The position numbers and the translations under genes were made by a program. Of a DNA stretch of 64,000 bases, positions 43,737 through 52,220 are shown one piece after another; the first letter of the stretch is position 1, and each line of letters starts with the position of its first letter. Where the stretch lies: contig JALOKU010000002.1 of assembly GCA_025456345.1 (NCBI GenBank), forward strand, positions 70,024 through 134,023. Direction: 5' to 3'. This DNA comes from Vicinamibacterales bacterium. Lineage in GTDB: Bacteria; Acidobacteriota; Vicinamibacteria; Vicinamibacterales; JAKQTR01. The notes beneath the pieces are model-generated. The model ran no database searches. It saw only the letters and a list, made by a program, of their open reading frames with translations, and was not told the DNA's origin.

Positions 43737-43835
43737 AGTAGTAAGTAGCCAGTAGCCAGTATTCAGTAGGAATGCCAGTCGCACCGCACGGTGTCCCACG
43801 GCTACTGGCACTGGCTACTGGTTATTGGCTACTGA
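43737..43835. repeat. heptamer-array inverted-repeat element, AGTAGCC flavour
   Basis: Left arm agtagta agtagcc agtagcc agtattc agtagga (43737-43771), a 28-nt core, then right arm ggctact ggcact ggctact ggttatt ggctact (43800-43833). Confidence 0.9.
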
Positions 43836-43869
43836 ACCTGACGGCCCGGCGGACCCGCGGACTCGTGAT

Positions 43870-43895
43870 GGAACCTCTCGGGCGTTCCGTGCGTT
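43870..43895 (+). promoter_or_regulatory. candidate ECF-type autoregulated promoter
   Basis: GGAAC (43870-43874), 17 nt, then CGTT (43892-43895), just upstream of the ECF sigma GTG at 43908. Pattern match only. Confidence 0.3.
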
Positions 43896-43907
43896 TCCTC
43901 AAGTGAC

Positions 43908-44483
43908 GTGGACGCCACCAGCGACCTCAGCACCCTCGTCGAGCGCTGCCGGGCAGGCGATGCCCTCGCCTGGGAGGCGTTCGTCCGGCAGGTGCAGGGA
44001 CGCCTGTTCGCGCTGGCCTACAGCTACACCGGCCACCGTGAGGACGCTCGCGACCTGGCGCAGGAGATCTTCGTGCGCCTGTACGAGGCGCGCGGGCAGT
44101 GGCCCTCCGGCGGCGAGTTCCTGCCGTGGCTGTTCCGCGTGGCGCGGAACCGGTCTGTCGACTACCTGCGGCGCAGGAGCGTCCGGCGCCCGGCCGTGAC
44201 CGTCGACGAGGCCGAGATCGTCGAGCTCCCGGATCCCGCACCCGGCGCTGAAGCGCAGGCTATTGCCGCGGACCGCCGCGGCCTGCTCCACACGGCACTT
44301 CGGGGCCTCTCCGCGATCAACAGGGAGATCGTCGTCCTCCGCGACGTGCACGGGCTGGACGTCAAGCAGGTGGCATCGATCCTCGGGATTCCGCTTGGGA
44401 CGGTGAAATCCCGCGCGAGCCGCGCCCGTGTCGAACTGGCGGAGCGCGTGCTCGCGCTGTCGCGCGGGCGGGGGGACGCATGA
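43908..44483 (+). CDS. ECF (sigma-70 family) RNA polymerase sigma factor
   Basis: Region 2 (FVRLYEA...FLPWLFRVARNRSVDYLRR) and region 4 (LRGLSAINREIVVLRDVHGLDVKQVASILGIPLGTVKSR). Confidence 0.9.
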   Translation: MDATSDLSTLVERCRAGDALAWEAFVRQVQGRLFALAYSYTGHREDARDLAQEIFVRLYEARGQWPSGGEFLPWLFRVARNRSVDYLRRRSVRRPAVTVDEAEIVELPDPAPGAEAQAIAADRRGLLHTALRGLSAINREIVVLRDVHGLDVKQVASILGIPLGTVKSRASRARVELAERVLALSRGRGDA

Positions 44484-45256
44484 GCGGCATCACCTGCGAT
44501 CAGATTCGCGCCGCCACCCTCGACCCCGGCGCCTCGCCGCGGGACTGGACGGGTCTGCCTGAGGCGGCCGCGCACGTGAGGCGTTGTGCCGCCTGCCAGG
44601 ACTGGCTCGAGGCGTTCGCCACCGGGGAACAGGCGTGGACGTCGGTGCCGGCAGGCGACTTCACCGATCAGGTGATCGCCAGGACGGCGGGGCTCGAAGC
44701 GGTCCTGCGCGATCTGCCGCGTCTGGCGGACATGGATCCAGGCCTGGGGTTCACCGAGCGCGTCCTGCGGGCGACCATCATGAAGCCCTCGCCTGTCGGG
44801 TGGCGCGCCGGCGCCTCGGGGGCCTGGCGGGCGTTGGTGCGCCGGCCACGCTTTGCGTGGGAAGCCGCCTACGTGGCCACCCTGTGCTGGGTCCTCGTAT
44901 TCGGCAACCCGGTCGGCGCCATCGAGTGGAGCAGGTCGAACATCGGCGCCGTTGCGCGGGAGCGCCTGGGCCCGCCCGTGCGCGAACTCCGCAGCGACCT
45001 GGAATCGTGGCGCGCCGCGTTGAAGCCAGAGCCTGCATCCGCGCGTGGCATCCCGGCGGGCGCACAAGCCGATCCCGCTCCGCCGGTCCTCCGGGCCTGG
45101 CAGGCCGCTGCCGAGTGGGTGCGCGGCGCGGCCACGTCGGCCGCCGCGGCGTTCTCGACGGCGTGGGAGCGCATCGTCGAGTGGTTCGCGCGCGTATTCG
45201 GCGAGCCGTCGACCGCGCCGACCGAACCTCCGGCTGGCCCGGCGCGTTCTAGCTAG
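44480..45256 (+). CDS. anti-sigma factor (zf-HC2 type), membrane protein
   Basis: ATGA overlap with the sigma gene. H-x3-C-x2-C motif AAHVRRCAACQDW. Hydrophobic segments follow. Confidence 0.7.
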   Translation: MSGITCDQIRAATLDPGASPRDWTGLPEAAAHVRRCAACQDWLEAFATGEQAWTSVPAGDFTDQVIARTAGLEAVLRDLPRLADMDPGLGFTERVLRATIMKPSPVGWRAGASGAWRALVRRPRFAWEAAYVATLCWVLVFGNPVGAIEWSRSNIGAVARERLGPPVRELRSDLESWRAALKPEPASARGIPAGAQADPAPPVLRAWQAAAEWVRGAATSAAAAFSTAWERIVEWFARVFGEPSTAPTEPPAGPARSS

Positions 45257-45278
45257 TGAAGCTGTTGAAGGAGCACCC

Positions 45279-45863
45279 ATGACCCGCGATACCGAACACA
45301 TCGAACAGACGGCTGCCGGCCCTGATGCCGCGCCCTTCACGCGCAGCGAGCGCCGCGACCGCTTCGTCGACGATCCGCGGAAGAAGTCGGTGATGCTCGC
45401 CATGCTGCTGTCCGCCATGCCGGGCCTCGGCCAGGTGTACGTCGGCTACTACGATCTGGCCTTCCGCAACATCCTGGTCGTCTGCGGCCTCATCGCGATC
45501 CTGGCCAGCGGCGCGGCGCATCGCCTGGAGCCGGTCGTCGCCCTGTTCATGGCGTTCTACTGGCTGCACAACATCGTGGACGCCGGGCGGCGAGCCAGCT
45601 TCTACAACCAGGCCCTGGCGGGCCTGAGGCCGATGGACCTGCCCGAGGACGGCAAGGCGCCGCAGCCCATGGGCTCGTTGGCCGGCGGCGTGCTGCTCGT
45701 CGCGGTGGGCGTGACGCTCTTCTTGAACACGATGTTCGACGTCCCGCTGGACTGGCTGGCCCAGTGGTGGCCGCTCGCCCTGGTCGGTGCGGGCGCCTGG
45801 CTCATCTTTTCCGACCGACGTGCGAAGGCGGCAGCCGCCGTGTCGGGCCAGACCGAGTCGTAG
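45279..45863 (+). CDS. hypothetical integral membrane protein (third gene of ECF operon)
   Basis: ATG at 45279 after GAAGGAG. Four predicted hydrophobic helices (LAMLLSAMPGLGQVYVGYY...). No enzyme motif. Confidence 0.6.
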   Translation: MTRDTEHIEQTAAGPDAAPFTRSERRDRFVDDPRKKSVMLAMLLSAMPGLGQVYVGYYDLAFRNILVVCGLIAILASGAAHRLEPVVALFMAFYWLHNIVDAGRRASFYNQALAGLRPMDLPEDGKAPQPMGSLAGGVLLVAVGVTLFLNTMFDVPLDWLAQWWPLALVGAGAWLIFSDRRAKAAAAVSGQTES

Positions 45864-45900
45864 CCTCCTGCCGGGGCGCGCCCGGCCGTCCGAGAGCCGC

Positions 45901-45906
45901 TATAAT
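45901..45906 (+). promoter_or_regulatory. candidate -10 element TATAAT upstream of the cyclophilin gene
   Basis: gcTATAATcccc, 19 nt before the ATG at 45926, with GGAGA SD at 45915-45919. Confidence 0.35.
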
Positions 45907-45925
45907 CCCCATCCGGAGACGCTGT

Positions 45926-47080
45926 ATGCCTCACCGGATGGGGATGTTTCTTTCCGCCGTCGTGATCGCGGTCCTGATCGCCGGGCCCGCCGCCGGGCAG
46001 GCGAAGCCCGCCAAGCCCGCTGCCGCACCGCCGCCGCTGTTCACCACGCCGCTCGCGCTCGAGCAGATGCGCGGGAAGCAGGCCGTCATCGAAACGACGG
46101 CCGGGCGCATCGTGCTCGATCTGTTGCCGGACAAGGCGCCAAACCACGTGGGCTACCTCATCAAGCTGGCCCGGGAGGGCGCCTACAACGGCACGACCTT
46201 CCACCGCCTGATCAAGCACGGCATCATCCAGGGCGGCGACCCGCTCTCGAAGGACCCGGCGAAGACGGCCCAGTACGGCACCGGCGGTCTCAAGATGGTG
46301 GCGTTCGAGCCGGGAGAGGGCAGCCACGTTCGCGGGGCCGTGTCGGCCGTGCTCGTCCCCGGCAACCGCGACAGCGCGGGTTCGCAGTTCTTCATCTGCG
46401 TGACGCCGCAGCCCCCGCTCGACGGGCACTACACCGTGTTCGCCCGCGTCGTCGAGGGGATCGGCATCGTGACGCAGATCTCCGAAGCGCCGGTCGACGC
46501 GGCCGGGAAGGCCACGGATCGGATTGAGATGACGTCAGTCACGATCCGCGACGCGCCGCCGGCTGGCGTTGTCCCGTTCGCGGCGGACTCGCCGGCGGAC
46601 CTGGCCAGGTACCGCGCGGTCCTCGAAACGAGCCTGGGCAACATCACCATGGAGTTCCTGCCGGAGAAGGCGCCGACCCACGTGCGCAACTTCCTGAGGC
46701 TCGCCTCCGCGGGCGTGTACGACCGCACGGCCTTTCATCGTGTCGTGCCAGGCTTCATGGTGCAGACTGGGTACCTCGGTTCGAAGCAGCTCGTCATGGA
46801 TGAGGCACAGCAGAAGCTGGTCGGCACCCTGCAGCCCGAGTTCAACGACACGGTCCACGACAAGGGCATCGTGTCGATGGCCCGAGGCGAGGATCCGGCC
46901 AGCGCCAGCACCTCGTTCTTCATCGTCACCGCACGCGTGGCCTCGCTTGACGGCACCTACACCGCCTTCGGCCGCGTCGTCGACGGGATGAGCGTCGTCG
47001 AGGCCATCGAGCAGGTGCCGAGGGACGGAGAGGCACCGCGGACGCGCGTGGAACTCATCCGCGTTCGAATCAGTAGATAG
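45926..47080 (+). CDS. secreted tandem-domain cyclophilin-type peptidyl-prolyl cis-trans isomerase
   Basis: Signal peptide then two cyclophilin repeats (FHRLIKHGIIQGGDP...SAGSQFFI and FHRVVPGFMVQTG...STSFFIV). Confidence 0.9.
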   Translation: MPHRMGMFLSAVVIAVLIAGPAAGQAKPAKPAAAPPPLFTTPLALEQMRGKQAVIETTAGRIVLDLLPDKAPNHVGYLIKLAREGAYNGTTFHRLIKHGIIQGGDPLSKDPAKTAQYGTGGLKMVAFEPGEGSHVRGAVSAVLVPGNRDSAGSQFFICVTPQPPLDGHYTVFARVVEGIGIVTQISEAPVDAAGKATDRIEMTSVTIRDAPPAGVVPFAADSPADLARYRAVLETSLGNITMEFLPEKAPTHVRNFLRLASAGVYDRTAFHRVVPGFMVQTGYLGSKQLVMDEAQQKLVGTLQPEFNDTVHDKGIVSMARGEDPASASTSFFIVTARVASLDGTYTAFGRVVDGMSVVEAIEQVPRDGEAPRTRVELIRVRISR

Positions 47081-47170
47081 TAGCCAGTAGTCAGTAGCCA
47101 GTAGGGCGGGACGCCCTACAGTGCACTGGCCTTTCTACTGAATACTGGCTACTGGCTACTTACTACTGAC
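47072..47170. repeat. heptamer-array inverted-repeat element, AGTAGCC flavour
   Basis: Left arm agtagat agtagcc agtagtc agtagcc agtaggg (47072-47106) includes the last two codons and the TAG stop of the PPIase gene. Core palindrome TAGGGCG-GGA-CGCCCTA. The right arm 47135-47168 is the exact reverse complement of 43736-43769 (34 nt). Confidence 0.95.
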
Positions 47171-47186
47171 AGCCTTGGGCTGCGCC

Positions 47187-47261
47187 CCGAACCCCGAACT
47201 CCGACCCCCCGAGTCCCGGATCCCGACTGACTAGCGCCTAGCGCCTAGCCCCTAGTAGAAT
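47187..47261 (+). repeat. degenerate 7-nt periodic array (CCGAACC type grading into GCCTAGC type) ending in TAGAAT
   Basis: ccgaacc ccgaact ccgaccc cccgagt cccggat cccgact gactagc gcctagc gcctagc ccctagt, then TAGAAT (47256-47261). Confidence 0.8.
47256..47261 (+). promoter_or_regulatory. candidate -10 element TAGAAT upstream of the molybdenum hydroxylase operon
   Basis: CCTAGTAGAATGCCCCC, near-identical to the block at 42738-42754. GGAGG at 47276-47280 and ATG at 47286. Confidence 0.4.
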
Positions 47262-47285
47262 GCCCCCGACCCCCCGGAGGTGCGC

Positions 47286-47924
47286 ATGGATCACGAGGAC
47301 AGAGACAAATCCGCAGCGGCGACAGGAGGCGTCAGTCGCCGCGGATTCATCACGTCGGTCGGCTCCGGAGCCATCGGCGTGGCGGCGGCGAGCGCACTCG
47401 TGCAGGGCGCGCCGCCACAGGCCCAGGCCGAGGCCGTCAAAGCCGGCGAGGTGAGCCCCATCGCGCTCACCGTCAACGGGCGCACGCACAAGCTGCTGGT
47501 CGAGGCCCGCTGGTCGCTGCTCCACGTCCTGCGCGACCACCTCGGCCTGACCGGGACCAAGGTCGGGTGCGAGCGCGGTGAATGCGGGGCCTGCACGGTG
47601 CTCATCGACGGCAAGGCCCGCTACGCCTGCATGACGCTCGCGGTGGAAGCCGACGGGCACGACATCACGACGGTGGAAGGGCTCATGTCCGGAGAGGAAC
47701 TGGGGCCGACGCAGCGCGCGTTCGCCGAGGAAGATGCCTTCCAGTGCGGCTACTGCACGCCGGGCCAGGTGATGGCGGCCGAGGGCCTGCTGCGCGCGAA
47801 CCCGTCGCCCGATCTCGACCAGATCCGCCACGGCATGGCGGGCAACATCTGCCGGTGCGGGGCGTACGCCCACATCTTCAAGGCCGTCGCGAAGGCGGCC
47901 GATCTGAAGCGGCAGGGGAGGTGA
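47286..47924 (+). CDS. (2Fe-2S)-binding small subunit of xanthine dehydrogenase-family molybdoenzyme, Tat signal (PaoA-like)
   Basis: Twin-arginine leader VSRRGFITSVGSGA. CERGECGACTV and CGYCTPG cluster motifs. Confidence 0.9.
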   Translation: MDHEDRDKSAAATGGVSRRGFITSVGSGAIGVAAASALVQGAPPQAQAEAVKAGEVSPIALTVNGRTHKLLVEARWSLLHVLRDHLGLTGTKVGCERGECGACTVLIDGKARYACMTLAVEADGHDITTVEGLMSGEELGPTQRAFAEEDAFQCGYCTPGQVMAAEGLLRANPSPDLDQIRHGMAGNICRCGAYAHIFKAVAKAADLKRQGR

Positions 47925-47927
47925 GCC

Positions 47928-50270
47928 ATGAAGGATGACGAACTCTACTTCTGGAACGGCCCGCTTCCCGAGACGCAGGCGCCCGCGCCCGGCCCGGTGC
48001 CAGAGCCCTGGGACCAGACGACGGTTGTCGGGAAGCCCGTGATTCGCATCGATGCCTACGACCGGGTCAGCGGCTCCGCACAGTACCCGTCCGATGTCAG
48101 GCTCGCCGACATGCTCCATGCGGCGGTCCTCTCGTGCCCGCATGCCCACGCCATGGTCCGGAAAGTGGACACGTCCGCGGCCGAGAAGATGCCGGGCGTC
48201 AGGGCCATCCTCAAAGACGGGGACGTCGGCACGAACGTGCCGTGGTTCGCGGGCCGCGGCGGGTTTTCGAGCCGGCTGTTCGATCCGCACTGCCGCTACG
48301 AAGGCGACGAGGTGGCCGTCGTGGCCGCCGACACGATTTACCAGGCGTGGGACGCCGTGCGCGCGATCAAGGTCGACTACGAGGTCTTGCCCCAGGTCAC
48401 CTCGGTCGCGGACGCCCTGAAGCCGGGCGCGCCGGCGGTCCGCGACGGCGGCAATGCGATTCCGCCCGGGAAGCCATACGTTCGCGGTAACGTCGAAGCC
48501 GGCTTCGCGTCGGCCGACGTCGTGATCGAGCACACCTTCACCACGCCGTGCGAGCTGCAGAACGCGATGGAGCTGCACGGGTGCGTCGCGAAGTGGGACG
48601 GGCCGCGCCTCACCATCTGGGAATCGACGCAGGGCGTGTTCGGCGTGCAGACGGGTGTCGCGCGGGCGCTGAACATCCCGCTCGCCAACATCCGCGTCAT
48701 CGGGCACTACATGGGCGGCGGCTTCGGCGCGAAACTGTCCGCCGGCAAGTACTCGGTGATGGCGCCGCTGCTCGCCCGGAAGACCGGGCGGCCTGTCCGC
48801 CTGTTCCTGAGCCGGGAGCAGGTGTGCCTCGGCATGGGCAACCGGCCGGCCAACACCATCACGCTCAAGGCCGGCGTGAAGAAGGACGGCACGCTGGTCG
48901 CCCTCCAGTCGAAAGCGGTCGGGTCGGGCGGCGCATACTCTGAGGGCGGGACGGGAGGCGTCGACTTCGTCATCCGCGAGCTCTACGCGTGCCCGAACGT
49001 CCACTGCGAGAATGCGAACGTGTTCACCCACGCGGGGCCCGAGCGCCCGTTCCGGGCTCCCGGCCACCCGCAGGGCGCGTGGGCGCTCGAGATCATGCTC
49101 GACGCGCTGGCCGCGAAGATCGGGATGGACCCGGTCGCGCTGCGCTTCAAGAACGTCACCCTCGTCAGCCAGACGCGCACCGGCAACCCGAGCTACACCT
49201 CTACCGGCTTCGCCGACTGCCTGACGAAGGGCGCGGAGGCGTTCGGGTGGGCGGCGGCGCGGGCGCGCAAGCCGGCGCCCTCGCACGTCAGGCGCGGCGT
49301 CGGTGTGGCCGGCGGCATCTGGCAGGGGGGCGGAGGCAGTCCTCCCTCGACGGCCATCGTCAAGCTGTTCGCCGACGGCAGCGCCAACCTGAACATGGGG
49401 GCGAGCGACATCGGCTGCGGCACCAAGACGTGGGGCGCGCAGATTGTCGCCGAGGAACTCGGCGTGCCGATGGACCGGATCTCGGTGGAACACGCGGACA
49501 CCGGCACGACGCAGTTCGCCACGCCGAGCGGCGGCAGCAAGACGGTGCCGACCGAATCGCCCGCCATCCGCTCGGCGGCCCTCGAGGTCAAGCAGCAGCT
49601 CTACGCCATGGCGGCCGAACAGCTCAAGCTGCCCGCCACGGACCTCGAACTGCGCGGCAGTGAGGTGGTGTCGAAGTCCGACGCCACGAAGAAGGTGGCC
49701 CTCGGCCAGATCCAGGCCTTCGGCCGCCGCGGACTGCTGGTCGGGATTGGCTACCGCGTGCCGAACCCGCCCGGCTCGGTGGTCAACCCCTTCGGCGTGC
49801 AGTTCGCCGAAGTCGAGGTCAACACGAAGACCGGCGAAATCAAGGTGCTGCGGTTCCTGGCGGCCCACGACAGCGGGCGGGTGCTGAACCCGAAGATGTT
49901 CCAGAACCAGCTGATCGGCGGCATCACGATGGGGATCGGGTTCGGCCTGACCGAGGACCGCGTGATGGACGACAGGCAGCTCGGGAAACTGCTCACCGTG
50001 AACCTGCACGACTACAAGCTGCCGACGGCGCTCGATGCGCCGGCCGACAAGACGATGGTGATCGTGGACCCGCAGGACCGCGCGTTCAGCAACACGGGCG
50101 CCAAGGGCGTCGGCGAGCCCGCGACGATTCCCACGGCACCGGCGATTGCCAACGCGGTGTTCCATGCGACGGGGTTGCGCCTGACCGACGCGCCCATGAG
50201 CCCGGCGCGTGTGCTGACGGCGATTGCAGGCCAGAAGCCGGCCCCGGCCGGTCAGAAGGGGAGGGAGTAA
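47928..50270 (+). CDS. molybdopterin-binding large subunit of xanthine dehydrogenase-family enzyme (PaoC-like)
   Basis: 780 aa with an a/b-hammerhead-like N-terminus (RIDAYDRVSGSAQYPSD) and an aldehyde oxidase/XDH-type body (GGGFGAK, ...GVGEPATIP). Confidence 0.9.
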   Translation: MKDDELYFWNGPLPETQAPAPGPVPEPWDQTTVVGKPVIRIDAYDRVSGSAQYPSDVRLADMLHAAVLSCPHAHAMVRKVDTSAAEKMPGVRAILKDGDVGTNVPWFAGRGGFSSRLFDPHCRYEGDEVAVVAADTIYQAWDAVRAIKVDYEVLPQVTSVADALKPGAPAVRDGGNAIPPGKPYVRGNVEAGFASADVVIEHTFTTPCELQNAMELHGCVAKWDGPRLTIWESTQGVFGVQTGVARALNIPLANIRVIGHYMGGGFGAKLSAGKYSVMAPLLARKTGRPVRLFLSREQVCLGMGNRPANTITLKAGVKKDGTLVALQSKAVGSGGAYSEGGTGGVDFVIRELYACPNVHCENANVFTHAGPERPFRAPGHPQGAWALEIMLDALAAKIGMDPVALRFKNVTLVSQTRTGNPSYTSTGFADCLTKGAEAFGWAAARARKPAPSHVRRGVGVAGGIWQGGGGSPPSTAIVKLFADGSANLNMGASDIGCGTKTWGAQIVAEELGVPMDRISVEHADTGTTQFATPSGGSKTVPTESPAIRSAALEVKQQLYAMAAEQLKLPATDLELRGSEVVSKSDATKKVALGQIQAFGRRGLLVGIGYRVPNPPGSVVNPFGVQFAEVEVNTKTGEIKVLRFLAAHDSGRVLNPKMFQNQLIGGITMGIGFGLTEDRVMDDRQLGKLLTVNLHDYKLPTALDAPADKTMVIVDPQDRAFSNTGAKGVGEPATIPTAPAIANAVFHATGLRLTDAPMSPARVLTAIAGQKPAPAGQKGRE

Positions 50271-51247
50271 TGCTGCGGACGTTTGCCTACGTGCGGCCAG
50301 CCTCCGTCAGCGAGGCGCTGAAGCAGATGGAGGATCGCGGCGCGCGGCTTCATGCCGGCGGCACGGACCTCATCGGCTGCCTGCGCGACGGCGTGTTCGA
50401 GGCCGGGAAGGTCGTCAGCCTCGCCAGGCTCGACGATCTTCGCGGGATCACGGTGGCGCCCGACGGCGAGCTGCGCATCGGTGCGCTGACGACGATCGCC
50501 GAGATCGCCGCGCACCCGGCCGTCGCCGGGACGTTCGCGGCGCTCGCACAGGCGGCGGCGGTCGTGGCCAGCCCGCAACTGCGCAACCAGGGCACCATCG
50601 GCGGCAACCTCTGCCAGCGCCCGCGGTGCTGGTACTACCGCGGCGACTACGCCTGCACGCGCAAGGGCGGCGACATGTGCTACGCCCTCGGCGGGGAGAA
50701 CCAGTACCACGCCATCTTCGGCGGCGGCGCCTGCGTCATCGTGCACCCGTCCGACACCGCGCCGGCGCTCATTGCCCTCGACGCCAAGGTCCGCCTCATC
50801 GGGCCGAAAGGCGCGCGCGTCATTCCACTCGAGCAGTTCTACGTGCTGCCCGAGAAGGATGCGACGCGCGAAACGGTGCTCGAGCCGGGCGAGATGGTGC
50901 TTGGCGTGCTCGTGCCGGCCACGGCGCCCGGGCAGAAGAGCGGGTACCGCAAGGTCCGCGCACGAGGGTCGTGGGACTTCGCGATGGCCGGGCTTGCGCA
51001 CGCGGTGACGTTGAAGGCGGGGAAGATCGCCGACGCGCGCCTCGTGCTGTCCGGCGTGGCTCCGGCGCCGTGGCGGCTGCCGGCCGTCGAAAAGCTCCTC
51101 ATCGGGCAGAAACTCGATCCCACGCTCATCGCACGCGCCGCGGACGCGGCGATTGCCGGGGCAAAGCCCCTGGAGCACAACGGCTACAAGGTGCCGCTCG
51201 TGCACGGCCTCATCGAGGAAGTGCTCGGTGGGATTCCCGCGGCGTAG
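50270..51247 (+). CDS. FAD-binding subunit of xanthine dehydrogenase-family enzyme (PaoB/CoxM-like)
   Basis: 325 aa. HAGGTDLIGCL FAD-binding PCMH pattern and TIGGNLCQRPRCWYYR segment. The ATG overlaps the large-subunit stop by 1 nt (TAATG). Confidence 0.9.
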   Translation: MLRTFAYVRPASVSEALKQMEDRGARLHAGGTDLIGCLRDGVFEAGKVVSLARLDDLRGITVAPDGELRIGALTTIAEIAAHPAVAGTFAALAQAAAVVASPQLRNQGTIGGNLCQRPRCWYYRGDYACTRKGGDMCYALGGENQYHAIFGGGACVIVHPSDTAPALIALDAKVRLIGPKGARVIPLEQFYVLPEKDATRETVLEPGEMVLGVLVPATAPGQKSGYRKVRARGSWDFAMAGLAHAVTLKAGKIADARLVLSGVAPAPWRLPAVEKLLIGQKLDPTLIARAADAAIAGAKPLEHNGYKVPLVHGLIEEVLGGIPAA

Positions 51248-52220
51248 CGTCGCCGCCATCCTGGCTGCCGCCCTCGTGGCGGCAGCCTGTAACCCTCAAG
51301 AGCTGGCGCGCCGGGCTGGAGCCAGGACGCGCCTCTCCGTTGCCACGGGCGGCACCGGCGGCGTCTACTACCCCTACGGCGGCGCCATCGCCCGCGTCAT
51401 CACCGAGCACCTGCCGGGCGTCGAAGCGACCGCGGAGGTGACCGCCGCGTCGGTCGACAACCTCAAGCTCGTACGCGACCACAAATCGGACATCGCCTTC
51501 TCGCTCGCGGATACGCTCGATGACGCGGTTGCCGGCCGCGGGGCGTTCGCCCGCAAGGGGCCGGTGCCGGCGAGGGTCCTTGCCGTTCTCTACGACAACT
51601 ACACCCATCTGGTCGCGAGCGGGTCGAGCGGCGTGGCCCGGATCGCCGACCTGGCCGGCACGCACGTGTCGATGGGCGCGGCCGGCAGCGGGACCGAACT
51701 GATTGCCACGCGCGTGCTCCGCGCGGCCGGCCTCGAGCCCGGCCGCGACCTCACGCCGGTCAGCCTCGGTGTGGCCCAATCGGTCGATGCGCTGAAGGAC
51801 GGCAAGATCGACGCCTTCTTCTGGAGCGGCGGCGTTCCCACCGCGTCGGTGCTGGATCTTGCGAGCACGCCGGGCATGTCCTGGCGGCTGGTGCCCACTG
51901 ACGATGCGCTGGAGGTGTTGCGCCAGACGTACGGCCGGTCGCTCTACACCCGGTTGACGGTGCCACGCGATGCGTATCCGGGGCTTCCGGCCGACGTCGC
52001 CGTTGTCGGTGTCGCGAACCTCCTCGCCGTTCACCAGGACATGCCCGATCAGCTGGCGTACGACATCACGCGCCTGCTCTTCGAACACCAGGCCGAACTG
52101 GTTGCCGTGCATCGCGAGGCGGCGAACCTGACACCCGCGACGGAGACAACGGCGTCGCCGGCGCCCTTCCATCCTGGCGCTATCCGCTACTACCGCGAAC
52201 GCGGGCACTGGAGGAACTGA
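51228..52220 (+). CDS. TAXI family TRAP transporter solute-binding protein
   Basis: GTG at 51228 after GAGGAAG. Signal/lipobox-like AAALVAAAC. Has the TAXI hallmark LSVATGGTGGVYYPYGGAIA and a C-terminal HPGAIRYYRE. Confidence 0.85.
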   Translation: MGFPRRSVAAILAAALVAAACNPQELARRAGARTRLSVATGGTGGVYYPYGGAIARVITEHLPGVEATAEVTAASVDNLKLVRDHKSDIAFSLADTLDDAVAGRGAFARKGPVPARVLAVLYDNYTHLVASGSSGVARIADLAGTHVSMGAAGSGTELIATRVLRAAGLEPGRDLTPVSLGVAQSVDALKDGKIDAFFWSGGVPTASVLDLASTPGMSWRLVPTDDALEVLRQTYGRSLYTRLTVPRDAYPGLPADVAVVGVANLLAVHQDMPDQLAYDITRLLFEHQAELVAVHREAANLTPATETTASPAPFHPGAIRYYRERGHWRN

